From: a virus | DNA length: 46,602 nt | Reading direction: 5' to 3' (one strand) | Virus genome (UHGV): UHGV-0186543 | Shown: piece after piece, positions 26,581 through 36,164 of the stretch | How positions within the stretch are numbered: the first letter of the stretch is position 1 | Layout: each line of letters starts with the position of its first letter | Made by a program: the position numbers and the translations under genes | Notes under the pieces: generated by a model | The model's database searches: none | The model's input: only the letters and a program-made list of their open reading frames with translations | What the model was told of the DNA's origin: nothing

Positions 26581-27890
26581 TATTCATCCCCTAAAATTGA
26601 ACGCCCTGCCGCGACGAGCATCGAGACGTTTGCGGTTGTTCCTATTACCGTCGTGCTGCCGGCATCCTGAATAGTCGCCGGTGATTCAGTGCTCATTAGT
26701 GTATCGAGCGCCGTTTCTGTCCGCGCCTGCGCCGTTTGCGGTGCTGCCGCAAGGACCACCTGTGCCTGTTCGACGGTCATCCCGGGGACGCCGGCGAGCG
26801 CTTTTGCCTGCGCCTCGCGCCCGACCGCTTCGGGACAATTGATGATGGCCATCACGCGCGCCAGTTCGCTCGATGCGGCGTCCGCGCGAATCTGCTCCGT
26901 GTTGAACTCAACCGGCGCGTCCGTAGTCGTGGTCGCGGTTTGTTCTGTGGTCGTGGTCTCCGCCGTGGTTTCTGTTGTACCTGGCATAAATCGCTCCATT
27001 TTTGGTTTCAGTGCGTCGGCCATAACTGCGATAGCGTCCGCGTAATTAACGAGTTGATCAGCGAGACCAGATTTAATCGCGTCCGCGCCGATAAATACTG
27101 CAGCTTCCGTGGCCAGCACCCTGGATTTTTTCAGCCCGGTATAATCCGAGACTTTTTGCGCGAACTGCTCGCGCGTGCTGTTAATACTCAGCTGGAATTC
27201 GTCGCGAACGTCGTCGGGCAGCTGGGAATACGGGTTCCCGTCGACTTTGTGCGCGCCGGCGTAAATCAGCGTCACGTCAACGCCGGCAATCTCCAGCGCC
27301 TTTTCGACGCAGCGGTGAGCCATCAGGACACCAATTGAACCAACCGTGCCGGTCTGCGTTATCAGCCGGCGCGAACACGCTGACGCCAGCAAATATGCGG
27401 CGCTGCAGGCCGTATCGCTGGCCAGCGCCCACACCGGTTTTTGCTCTCGCGCCCGGGCGATTAAATCAGCGGTATCAAACGCGCCGGCGACCTCACCACC
27501 TGGGGAGTCAATATCCAGCAAAATCCCCTTAACATCGGGATCAGAAATCGCCTGCTGCAGGCGTTTTACGATTCCGTCGTAACCGCTCATACCGCTAACC
27601 GGATTGATATAACCCAATTTATGAACCAGTGTCCCGGTAACCGGCAGAACAGCTATACCACGCTCCACGCGGTACGATTTCTGACGTGTTCGCTCGCTGC
27701 TGTCCCACCCCATCGCGAGGGCGTTCATTTCGTCGCTGTTCATTACCTCTCCAGACGCTGTATCAATCAGTCGCCCGGTACCGAACCGGTCGCTCAGCGC
27801 AGAAAAAAATACCCGCGCGTAGGCGGGCTCCAGCAAAAGCGGTTGATTGAACGCCCTGGCGGCGAGGTGCGGAAAATTGTTCCACGGCAT
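26580..27890 (-). CDS. C: head maturation protease/scaffold (lambda gpC-like, ClpP/S49 fold)
   Basis: 436-aa ORF between portal and decoration genes, lambda order and size. Confidence 0.75.
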   Translation of the reverse strand: MPWNNFPHLAARAFNQPLLLEPAYARVFFSALSDRFGTGRLIDTASGEVMNSDEMNALAMGWDSSERTRQKSYRVERGIAVLPVTGTLVHKLGYINPVSGMSGYDGIVKRLQQAISDPDVKGILLDIDSPGGEVAGAFDTADLIARAREQKPVWALASDTACSAAYLLASACSRRLITQTGTVGSIGVLMAHRCVEKALEIAGVDVTLIYAGAHKVDGNPYSQLPDDVRDEFQLSINSTREQFAQKVSDYTGLKKSRVLATEAAVFIGADAIKSGLADQLVNYADAIAVMADALKPKMERFMPGTTETTAETTTTEQTATTTTDAPVEFNTEQIRADAASSELARVMAIINCPEAVGREAQAKALAGVPGMTVEQAQVVLAAAPQTAQARTETALDTLMSTESPATIQDAGSTTVIGTTANVSMLVAAGRSILGDE

Positions 27891-29464
27891 CAGTTACCTC
27901 CCCAGCCGTTATCGTTGGTATTTGAGGGGTGAGATACAGACCATGACGGTTCGCTCAGCCCCATTTCACGCCGGCGCTGAATTTCGTATTCCTGTTGCTC
28001 CATAACCTCTTCGTAGTCCTGCCCCTGCAGCGCTAGTTCGTTCTGATACGTACTGAGGCCGGTTGTGATTCGCATGGCACTCTCCTGGACCTCTTTCAGC
28101 CCATCGATAGCCATACGGCCAGCGCCGATCCAGAGAGAGTTAGTCCAAGAGTTCCGCGCCTCGTAAAACGACCGAACCGCGGAGCGGGGCAGAGTGATAA
28201 TCCCGCGCGCCAGCGCCTCCTCAAACCAGCAGCAAAACATCAGTGACGCCTGGCGCGCAGCGATAAAACGTCGACGCCCCATAAAAAATCGCCAGCTCAC
28301 GTTCGCGCTAGCGCGTGCGCTGGAGTAACTGACCTGACTGTAGTCCCGGCTCAGTTCCTCATATGACGCTCCGACGCCGGCAGCAACGTAACGCAGGAGT
28401 GATTTTTCCAGTGAACTAAAACCAGCGTCAGCGTTCTGAGCGGTCTGTAAACTGAGTTTGTCGCCAGGGTGCAGGTGAGGAACTTTCACGCCACCGAGCT
28501 TGATATTTGCGCCGTTGTAGTACGTCACGTAACTCTGAATAAACGAATTCAGCGGGTTCGAGTCGATATCAGTACCCGCGCCGGCGATATATTCAAACGC
28601 CTGCTGGCTGTCGAGCTCTGATTCGATTGTCGCGGCATACATCGCCTTCACAATGGCGCTCTGCAGTTGTGTTTGCTGCAGCGTGTCGAGCATTTTCAGA
28701 CGCTCCATCACGCTGTAGAAAATGTTGTCGCCTCGGGTTTGCCCATCCTCGAGCGGCTCGAATATGTGAATGAATGCGTGTCTGCCGCTGCTGAGCTGCG
28801 CTGGTATACGCCGGCACTTGCCGACTCCACCGAGTGGATAGGTGTCCTCGGCTATCCAGTAGCCCACTGCGGCTCCATTTTTATCAATATCAACACCGGC
28901 GCGGCGAAATTGAGTGTCAGCTGCGTAACCGGGGTTTCGAATTCGTTTCGGTGAGATCATTTTGAATCGCGTCCGAAAAACGCTGCCAGCACTGCTTTCC
29001 CAGACCGGTTGTACGCAGGTTTCACCATTAAACGCGTGAGTTGCCACGCCCTCGCGGATCATCATTGTGAACGTCCGTTTCCGCTCGATATCAATCGTGC
29101 AGTGAGGGTCCTCAGCGTATTCAGTCCACGCTACTTCGACGTCACGCGCCAGCGCCCTGGCGTCCTCGCGGGATATCCCGAGGTAACGCCAGTTAGGGCG
29201 ATAACTCAACTTAAACAGATTGCCGACGATATGATCCTGGTGCAGCTGCACGGCGTTCGATGCAACGCCGTTATTGCGAACGAGATCGTCTGCTCGCGCG
29301 TTACCGCGATAAAAATTTGGCAGCAGTGCTGCGTCGGCGCTCTGCTGTGGTGCGTTCCAGTCAATCAGCTGGCCACCGAAACCGGGACCGCCGCCGTTAT
29401 ACCCCGCGTAACGGCGTAGTGGCGTTTTACCGTCAGGCCCGAGCAGCTGCTGCTGAGCAGTCAT
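27890..29464 (-). CDS. B: portal protein (lambda gpB-like)
   Basis: 524-aa ORF in portal position and size. Confidence 0.85.
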   Translation of the reverse strand: MTAQQQLLGPDGKTPLRRYAGYNGGGPGFGGQLIDWNAPQQSADAALLPNFYRGNARADDLVRNNGVASNAVQLHQDHIVGNLFKLSYRPNWRYLGISREDARALARDVEVAWTEYAEDPHCTIDIERKRTFTMMIREGVATHAFNGETCVQPVWESSAGSVFRTRFKMISPKRIRNPGYAADTQFRRAGVDIDKNGAAVGYWIAEDTYPLGGVGKCRRIPAQLSSGRHAFIHIFEPLEDGQTRGDNIFYSVMERLKMLDTLQQTQLQSAIVKAMYAATIESELDSQQAFEYIAGAGTDIDSNPLNSFIQSYVTYYNGANIKLGGVKVPHLHPGDKLSLQTAQNADAGFSSLEKSLLRYVAAGVGASYEELSRDYSQVSYSSARASANVSWRFFMGRRRFIAARQASLMFCCWFEEALARGIITLPRSAVRSFYEARNSWTNSLWIGAGRMAIDGLKEVQESAMRITTGLSTYQNELALQGQDYEEVMEQQEYEIQRRREMGLSEPSWSVSHPSNTNDNGWGGN

Positions 29465-29694
29465 AATCGAACTCCCACGGGACGGCGGCGTCCCGTACTC
29501 AGACCGAGCTGTGATTTCAGCTCGATGATGTACGTTCGGAGCTGCTCAATACTCGACTGGGAGTACTGATAGCTCCGGTTATTTCCTGCTGAATCGCCGT
29601 GAGACAGCGACACGGTCGATTTACCCGTTAATAATTTGTGCAGAGCGATTTCCGCTTCCAGCAGTCGTTCCGTTAAAACCTCGCGCGACGTCAT
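29461..29694 (-). CDS. W: head-tail joining protein W (lambda gpW-like)
   Basis: 77-aa ORF; LLEAEIALHKLLTGK...YIIELKSQLG parallels lambda gpW. Confidence 0.75.
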   Translation of the reverse strand: MTSREVLTERLLEAEIALHKLLTGKSTVSLSHGDSAGNNRSYQYSQSSIEQLRTYIIELKSQLGLSTGRRRPVGVRL

Positions 29695-31655
29695 TAGCTC
29701 CCTCCGAGCATTCTCGCCATCTCCTCGAGAGACAGTTTGTTTTGTGATTTTTTCCGTTGCTCAGCGAGCGTCTCGAGATTGAGCTGGAAACGAATTTTAC
29801 TGATACGCAGCGCTGCCAGCCCGTACACCCAACAGTCGAGCGCCTCATTTCGCCGGCCCTGGTTGTCCCAGCGATAAACGACGCGACCGTTAATGAGTTT
29901 CGGGATCAGTACCTCGGAGACGAGCTGCTTTGCTTCTGTCGTGCCGAATATTTCGTCGTCGTTGGGAAAATGAATCGCACCTGGTGTCGCCGATTTAGAG
30001 TCAGGTTCCAGCTGCAGGCGCATCGCGAGCAAATCTTTTGCCGTGTCAGTACCGATTAACGATAAATAAACTTTATTCGCGTTACGGGTACGCGGCATAT
30101 TTACGACCGGCTGGCCGTATGAGCTCGCGCCTTTGATCGGAATGACCCACAGCGGACCGAGTTTCAGCGAGCGGTTATAAACGACCTGCGCGTCTATACC
30201 ACCGGTATCCCACGCCCAGCGACTGACACCGATTGTGGTCCCGTCGCTGCGCCGGTATTGTTTGCGAATGACACCGTCGACGCGCTGCAGCGTGTCCTCC
30301 TCGTCGTAGCGACCGAGGACGATTGTTTTATCAATCAACCAGCACTCTTCCTCGGCTCCCCAGCCCCATACGTAACACTCGTAGCGCCCGGACGTCTGAG
30401 AGTCGATGCCACCGGTCAGATAAACAACACCGTCAGGAACCTGGCTGGCGTATTTTTCCCGGCGATTAACGAGAATATCGTGCTCCAGCTGCTCGCTGGC
30501 TACGTCGCTCCAGAGTTCGCCGAGCGTCGTGTTATGAAACGTCTTCTCCTTGAGCGGGTCACCTTTCGCTTTCAGCCACTCGCTGACAATCTCGCCCCAG
30601 CCGTCGAGATTCAGTGAATACAGGGCGTTTATCACGATCGCCGCGTGTTTCGGCGCGCGAACGACGCCACCGTCGTGATCAAAAAAATGAATGCCGTCCC
30701 GCGTCCAGGTGCAGTCCTCTGCTATCCAGCGCCCCGCGAGCTCCATTTTTTCGAGATCGCGATAGTAAAAATGCTCAGGACAGTGGCAGCACTGGTAATA
30801 CGCGGACGACGATTTCGCCTCATTGGTCTGTAAGCTGTTATCCCATTTGAGGCCGTATTCGATACCGTCGAAACCAAATACCAGGACCTGCTCCTCGCCA
30901 CAATGAGGGCATTTCAGGTAAAAACGAAACGTCAGATCGGCGGCATCCTCCAGCATTTCGATATGACTTTTGCCGGTAACGGTCGGCGTCGAACCAAAAA
31001 TCGCCTTCGGGTACGCTGCCCCTTTAATTCGAACGAGCGCCATTTCGATGGGCGAGCCCTCGCCTTTGCCTTTTTTGGCAACTTCCAGCGGCCAGCCGTC
31101 AACTTCGTCACCCTCGACAACCTGTTTCGTTAGTCGCCGGAAATTTCCTGGTGCACTCGCGCCGCGAAAATCAAGAATCGCGCCGCTCATTTCTTTACGC
31201 TGGAGATTGTTACGCTCGTTGCTTTTATCCCAGTCGGGGAAAATTTTCTGAATCACCGGCATTTCGGCGATAGCGGGGTCAACCTCGTCGGCGACAAACC
31301 CATCCGATTCGTCATCGATAGGCTGATAGACCACGGCACTACGTTTTTTGTGCTCAGCGAAATAGAGCAGCGCCGCGACGAGTATTTTTGTATAACCGAG
31401 ACGAGCTGATTTGCGAACAGACACGATTTTTATCACGTCGTTAGTCATCATATTGAGCATCACTACCTGGACCGGCTGAGTCGTCCAGTGGCCAGCGATG
31501 TGGCTGGAGCCCTCAGGGAGATAAAAATGTTTATCAGCCCACTCAACCCCCGTCATCGGTATCGTCACGCGCAAGGGATTCAACCCTGTCGAGATCGCGT
31601 TCGATATCGCTGACATCGTAATCGCTGAAGTCGACTCGTATGTCTGCCAGTTCAT
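29694..31655 (-). CDS. A: terminase large subunit (lambda gpA family); start uncertain (31556 or 31616 also possible)
   Basis: 653-aa ORF with VEWAD..YLP, VRKSARLGY, CPHCGEEQ, NTTLGE, WDTGGID motifs as in lambda gpA; annotated start overlaps small subunit by 113 nt. Confidence 0.9.
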   Translation of the reverse strand: MNWQTYESTSAITMSAISNAISTGLNPLRVTIPMTGVEWADKHFYLPEGSSHIAGHWTTQPVQVVMLNMMTNDVIKIVSVRKSARLGYTKILVAALLYFAEHKKRSAVVYQPIDDESDGFVADEVDPAIAEMPVIQKIFPDWDKSNERNNLQRKEMSGAILDFRGASAPGNFRRLTKQVVEGDEVDGWPLEVAKKGKGEGSPIEMALVRIKGAAYPKAIFGSTPTVTGKSHIEMLEDAADLTFRFYLKCPHCGEEQVLVFGFDGIEYGLKWDNSLQTNEAKSSSAYYQCCHCPEHFYYRDLEKMELAGRWIAEDCTWTRDGIHFFDHDGGVVRAPKHAAIVINALYSLNLDGWGEIVSEWLKAKGDPLKEKTFHNTTLGELWSDVASEQLEHDILVNRREKYASQVPDGVVYLTGGIDSQTSGRYECYVWGWGAEEECWLIDKTIVLGRYDEEDTLQRVDGVIRKQYRRSDGTTIGVSRWAWDTGGIDAQVVYNRSLKLGPLWVIPIKGASSYGQPVVNMPRTRNANKVYLSLIGTDTAKDLLAMRLQLEPDSKSATPGAIHFPNDDEIFGTTEAKQLVSEVLIPKLINGRVVYRWDNQGRRNEALDCWVYGLAALRISKIRFQLNLETLAEQRKKSQNKLSLEEMARMLGGS

Positions 31656-32109
31656 TCAGGGCTATCGCCAGCTCCTCTCGTAATACACTGCTCGCCTCCT
31701 GCGGCATTTCAGGCCACACCTTTTTCAATCGTGGTGGCCACGACTCGACGCGGGTACGTAATTCAACGGCGACGCGAGATACAGCGACGCTAATTAATTC
31801 AATTGGCGCGTAGCGTTTAGCGAGAATGCGGCGTTTTACTCGTGCCATCAGGATTCGCTCCTGTCGTTCCTCATTTTTCAGCCACTGCTCGCGATTTTTT
31901 TCGGGAGAATTGTCCCCCGCTTCCGGTTCGTCTGTACCAATTGTGTCGCGTCTATTGCTCCGGAGATAATGAATATAAAAATGGCGCCAGGCATCAAGGT
32001 CCCAATCGCCACGTCCTTGGGGGACTGGAGCTCCCGGAAGTTTTGCGAGATCGCGCAGACGACGATCAGATAGCAGTAAATGTGCTGCAACCTCAGCCTG
32101 ACTTGCCAT
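31543..32109 (-). CDS. Nu1: terminase small subunit (lambda Nu1-like)
   Basis: 188-aa ORF directly upstream of large terminase; N-terminal HTH-like region followed by G.PV..G motif. Confidence 0.6.
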   Translation of the reverse strand: MASQAEVAAHLLLSDRRLRDLAKLPGAPVPQGRGDWDLDAWRHFYIHYLRSNRRDTIGTDEPEAGDNSPEKNREQWLKNEERQERILMARVKRRILAKRYAPIELISVAVSRVAVELRTRVESWPPRLKKVWPEMPQEASSVLREELAIALNELADIRVDFSDYDVSDIERDLDRVESLARDDTDDGG

Positions 32110-32213
32110 TAAAAATCCTCACCGGAACCGGAAACACCCAAAATGAAAAAATACTAAAAACGAGCGAGTTTTTGCGCGTCTACCGACCCTCGGTGTTTTG
32201 GATTTCGGAAAGG

Positions 32214-32232
32214 ACCCGCGACCAGGGGGGCT
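32214..32232 (-). other. candidate cosN region
   Basis: on the minus strand reads CCCCCCTGGTCGCGGGTCC about 100 nt upstream of Nu1 start, resembling lambda cosN GGGCGGCGACCTCGCGGGTTT; tentative. Confidence 0.3.
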
Positions 32233-32481
32233 ATCTCCCTTTCAGGACAGGAATCGGGGGCTCTCATCAGGTTCATCAAACTCGACTGTAGCCTCGCGGC
32301 GTACTTGTTTGCATACATCAGCTTTGTGTATCTGATTATCAGCGTAAGCTTTCACTTTGGCTGCGAGCCATCCTTTTGCGCTGTATCGATAGACTACCGA
32401 ACAATGTTTTCCCTATGTGTATATATCTTGAAATTATTGATATTCTTACAGAAAAGCAACAACCATGAGCACACAAAAAAA

Positions 32482-32727
32482 ATGAACAAAGAAAAAATCG
32501 AAGCCTTAATGAGCGTAATATTAAAAGAAGCTGACCCCAAAAAATTTCCTGAGAAGTTATCAGAGGACGCCATCGTATCTTTTTATCGTGCGAACTCCTC
32601 TTACCTACATTGTCCAACTTTAAGAGAATGGTTAAGCGGCGAAGCAGAGCCTTCAGATGAGATACTTGAGGAGATTATGATTCAGAACAACTGGCGCGCA
32701 ACTAAATGGTCAAATCGGTTACCTTAA
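32482..32727 (+). CDS. hypothetical small protein (moron between cos and lysis genes)
   Basis: 81 aa counting from the internal ATG at 32482; opposite strand to late operon. Confidence 0.35.
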   Translation: MNKEKIEALMSVILKEADPKKFPEKLSEDAIVSFYRANSSYLHCPTLREWLSGEAEPSDEILEEIMIQNNWRATKWSNRLP

Positions 32728-32995
32728 CCTGTTGAATGTGTGCCGCCTTAAAACTAAAAGGCGGCCTCTCGTTTAAGTAAAGCGTCTCTTTCATCAGCCA
32801 CCAGCTCTTTGGCACATTGCGCAGTTGTTTTTTATACGTCGGCGAGCTGTTGCGAAGCTCAGTCCCTGCGCGTCACACCATTCTTTCGGTGATATACATG
32901 ATTTGACGTACTCGGACAGGAATCGCTTCTGAAGCTCAAGCCCAGTCCCGGTTTGCTCATGTAATTAAATCCTACTGTATTCTCATGGTGCCCAG

Positions 32996-33337
32996 ATGTC
33001 GTCTATGCTTTTAACTCGAACATTCAATGAAGAGAAATGCTCTATGGTTATTGGTATGCAGGAATCAAAAAATTGCCCTGTATGCGGCTCTGATGCCACA
33101 TGGACAAATCACGATACGTGCTGGAAAATTCATTGCAGTGGTTTTTGCGGTGATTTTTTAATCACAACCACTACAATAAATTATCTGAAGGGCGATGCAC
33201 TAAGGCGTCTTGATGCCAACGATCTCTTAAGAGAGCCAACAACACTCAAGACACCTTTAACAAACAAAATCCTTGCTGAATATGCTCGTACAAAACATCC
33301 CGTGCACATCTTTGAAGGTCACTATCCGGGCTATTAG
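32996..33337 (+). CDS. hypothetical Cys-rich protein (possible zinc ribbon)
   Basis: 113-aa ORF with CPVC...C..HC..FC spacing. Confidence 0.35.
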   Translation: MSSMLLTRTFNEEKCSMVIGMQESKNCPVCGSDATWTNHDTCWKIHCSGFCGDFLITTTTINYLKGDALRRLDANDLLREPTTLKTPLTNKILAEYARTKHPVHIFEGHYPGY

Positions 33338-33612
33338 TCAGTGCTAGTAACTTTCGAAATAGGAGAAATTTTAGATGTGTGATAATTCATCTCGTCGATA
33401 GTCTGAGGAATTAACTCACTCGCGCCATTTGCAACTGCAACGCGATAATGCGGTCCATTCCATCGACTAAAATCGGAGCGCTCATAAATTACTACCTCAT
33501 CCCCCACAGAAACCCTTAACTCCGTGCTACCTACGGGTTCAATAGCGGAATTAGAATAAATGTCTTCAACACGACCGTGAAAAGGCCCTCCAACGAACAA
33601 AAACTGTGACAT
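33334..33612 (-). CDS. hypothetical protein
   Basis: 92-aa ORF downstream of lysis cassette. Confidence 0.35.
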   Translation of the reverse strand: MSQFLFVGGPFHGRVEDIYSNSAIEPVGSTELRVSVGDEVVIYERSDFSRWNGPHYRVAVANGASELIPQTIDEMNYHTSKISPISKVTSTD

Positions 33613-33750
33613 ATAATTTCCTATTAAAAAATAACCAGTTAAATCGGCATTTAAAAATATGTCATATTTATGATTCTGTCTTTAGCACCTTTGTGTGGTC
33701 AGGTTGCCTGGGCCAAATGACCAATCATCAATTCATTAAGATAAATTACC

Positions 33751-33945
33751 CTATTTTCCAACGGGGCATGAAGCCACTGCCCCGGTAGAATCAATACAAC
33801 CACCGTCCGCAGTGGTAATTTTCGTACCCGGCGTGATCATCACGTGTTTAATACTGCTGCCGTCAGCGCGAGTCGCTTCGGTGTATGTCGAATGTGTGCA
33901 GCCTGCCATCGTGAAGAACGCGACAGCTAAGGGAAGTTTTTTCAC
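33751..33945 (-). CDS. small lipoprotein at end of lysis cassette (possible o-spanin-like or exclusion lipoprotein)
   Basis: 64-aa ORF with lipobox (FTMAGC); no partner i-spanin recognised. Confidence 0.45.
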   Translation of the reverse strand: MKKLPLAVAFFTMAGCTHSTYTEATRADGSSIKHVMITPGTKITTADGGCIDSTGAVASCPVGK

Positions 33946-33952
33946 GTTTTAC

Positions 33953-34432
33953 CTACGCTTCTGAGATAGATTTCTCAGCATTCACCAATGGAAGTGATTG
34001 TGGAACATCCGTTTGACCTGCTGGCCAGCGATAGCCAGTAACGCGTGAGCTCGGAAACGCTTTGATATTCACTGCGTCTGCCTGGTTGCCACCCAAAATC
34101 ATTAAATCCCCGGCGGCATTTTTCCCGACAACAAAACCAACGTGGCCACCGCCAGACCGAGACAGAATAGCAATGCATCCATAGGCGGGCTCCTTCAGTT
34201 CATTACCCCAATCGAGATAAGAATTCGCAGACTCAAAACGCGTTGAGCGAATACCTACACGTTCCAGCATTGCTCCGGTGAAGGCAGCGCACCACGGGGT
34301 TTCATCATTCATAATGCCGCCGCGTTTGATATCTTTCCAGTACTGCACAATTTCTGCAGCATGTTGCTTCCCTTTCATTTCCCGAATGCCGAGGTTTTTT
34401 CGAGCCTCAATTAGCCATTTAGGATCCGTCAT
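33953..34432 (-). CDS. putative endolysin, papain-like (CHAP/NlpC-P60-type) peptidase
   Basis: 159-aa ORF in lysis cassette; ordered Cys (ETPWCAAF) then His (GGHVGFVVG) typical of papain-fold cell-wall peptidases; no N-terminal signal-anchor. Confidence 0.55.
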   Translation of the reverse strand: MTDPKWLIEARKNLGIREMKGKQHAAEIVQYWKDIKRGGIMNDETPWCAAFTGAMLERVGIRSTRFESANSYLDWGNELKEPAYGCIAILSRSGGGHVGFVVGKNAAGDLMILGGNQADAVNIKAFPSSRVTGYRWPAGQTDVPQSLPLVNAEKSISEA

Positions 34433-34704
34433 TACCTGTCTCTTGTTATTTTTGAAATATTCCCTCGTGCCCGCCAGACAGCAATACAGATGGTGAGGTT
34501 GAGAAAGAACTCTGCGGGATCAACCTGCGTATATTTCCCGTAAAAAATTCGTAGGGCTATCCACGCAGCAGACAGAATCGCGAGGTAAGCAGTTAGTGAG
34601 ATAAAAAAACGATAGCGGCCTGTTTTTTGAAAAAACATCAACCGTAGTGCCAGCATCAGACAGATAATTGCATTGGCATTAATGAGGACAGAGTGCAGGG
34701 TCAT
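34432..34704 (-). CDS. lysis-associated membrane protein (holin/antiholin-like)
   Basis: 90-aa ORF with 2-3 predicted TM segments, between holin-like and endolysin genes. Confidence 0.45.
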   Translation of the reverse strand: MTLHSVLINANAIICLMLALRLMFFQKTGRYRFFISLTAYLAILSAAWIALRIFYGKYTQVDPAEFFLNLTICIAVWRARGNISKITRDR

Positions 34705-35087
34705 TATTTCATCCCCTTATCTGATTTCCATAAACGAGCTTGTGACATGATCCGCAACAGTGATGTAACGCTGATTACTGATGCAACCAGTGCACCAATG
34801 GCGGGAGAGACTTTTACTGTTACGGGAGGGTTCAGGTGACTCAGCACCGCGTTCAGAATACCGGTAATGATTGCTGACGCTGTCTCAGCGCAATACACAC
34901 CGCCAACAAACGAAATGAGTGCGAAAATAACCTGCTTCCAGAATCGATGCTGCCCGGATGACAACACATAGAGAGCTGCGCCTGCCAGCGCACAGATCAT
35001 CACTGCAGGTGTTGCCTCAGGAAATAACGCAGCAAACGTCACCCCCGCCGAGCCAGCAGCAACGCCAGCGGTTAGAGGTTCAGACAT
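34704..35087 (-). CDS. putative holin
   Basis: 127-aa ORF with multiple hydrophobic segments and charged C-terminus, first gene after Q. Confidence 0.5.
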   Translation of the reverse strand: MSEPLTAGVAAGSAGVTFAALFPEATPAVMICALAGAALYVLSSGQHRFWKQVIFALISFVGGVYCAETASAIITGILNAVLSHLNPPVTVKVSPAIGALVASVISVTSLLRIMSQARLWKSDKGMK

Positions 35088-35199
35088 GATTTTTCCTGAT
35101 TCAGAAACGACAAAACCCCGCCGTGGCGAGGTTCTTAGAAATTTGGCAATATACCAAATTAGCGTTAAATATGGCCTATTTTGTTCGGTTTTGCAAGCA

Positions 35200-35871
35200 T
35201 TATACGCAAACGTCGTCTAAATGGTTTTGATAATGATGCAAAGTTGCAAGAAGTGCCACTTCATCAAGTGCTCTCACCGCCTCTTTCATTCCTGCCCAGT
35301 GCGGGGAGTATGTTTCGCACCAGGTGGAACGAGAAACAGACAACATTCCAGCTAGCGCAGATCCGGCCATCTCCTTAAAATCCTCGCGTTTATTTGATGC
35401 TGCGACCGCCTGCACGGACAACCACACCAACGAAAGCAGGCGCTTAACTACTTTTCTCTGAGTTGACGAGGGGATGTGTCCTTTATAGCGACTCCAGACA
35501 GCCTCACAAATAGCTGTTTGGTGTTTGAATGCCAGGTTACCACCGTAGCAATAACGCAACCACGCTTGCTGACTTGCATCCAGCGAGTTCACAGAACGCC
35601 GCCAGGATGAATCAGCAAATTCAAAATCACTCATCGGCGGCGCGGGGCGACGTCTGCTGAAACTTTCCAGAGCGTAAACTGGCGTAACCAGAGCATCAAC
35701 GGTCCGGTCCTCCAGCTGCACACGGTGAATATGTTTGCGTGGGTATGCGTTTTTGTCTGCCGGTGGGTGCTCACACAATGCTTCCAGTTGCCCCTTAGAA
35801 CCACCAGACAAATCCCGCAATGCAGCGCGCAGTTTTATGCGGGTATATTCCAATAAATACTCGTTACTCAT
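35200..35871 (-). CDS. late-gene antiterminator Q-like protein
   Basis: 223-aa ORF immediately upstream of lysis genes and downstream of YbcO-like gene; position typical of lambdoid Q; sequence family assignment from memory is tentative. Confidence 0.5.
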   Translation of the reverse strand: MSNEYLLEYTRIKLRAALRDLSGGSKGQLEALCEHPPADKNAYPRKHIHRVQLEDRTVDALVTPVYALESFSRRRPAPPMSDFEFADSSWRRSVNSLDASQQAWLRYCYGGNLAFKHQTAICEAVWSRYKGHIPSSTQRKVVKRLLSLVWLSVQAVAASNKREDFKEMAGSALAGMLSVSRSTWCETYSPHWAGMKEAVRALDEVALLATLHHYQNHLDDVCV

Positions 35872-36164
35872 CAGATAAACTCCTCATCGCGCCAGATAGC
35901 CAGTGTTCTGAAAACTCCCTCAGCGTGCATCAACAGCAATGAGTCGTGCTCGTAATCCGTTTTTGTACGTCCGTCGATAGCATCGTGACACGCACTACAG
36001 GCGATAGCGCCCTGCATATCGTGAGGTTTGATGGCTGTGCCGCACGTTCCGGCGAGACGATAATGAGCCAGTACGCTGGTTTCAGGATTGTGATTGCACA
36101 CACCGGGGATACGCACAGTACAAGCGCGACCACGTGCAGCTTTTCTCAGGTCGATTTTTTTCAT
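35871..36164 (-). CDS. ybcO: YbcO-like protein (DUF1364, putative nuclease)
   Basis: 97-aa ORF; LRKAARGRACTVRIPGVCNHNPETSVLAH...ACSACHD closely parallels recalled E. coli DLP12 YbcO. Confidence 0.8.
   Translation of the reverse strand: MKKIDLRKAARGRACTVRIPGVCNHNPETSVLAHYRLAGTCGTAIKPHDMQGAIACSACHDAIDGRTKTDYEHDSLLLMHAEGVFRTLAIWRDEEFI

Noticed and set aside
35088-35199. Late promoter pR' with Q-utilisation site and tR' terminator between Q and the holin gene
   Set aside because: A GC-rich segment followed by a T-rich run (35111-35134, minus strand) is suggestive, but no clean hairpin with a 3-nt or longer loop, nor a convincing -35/-10 pair, could be defined by eye; left unannotated.
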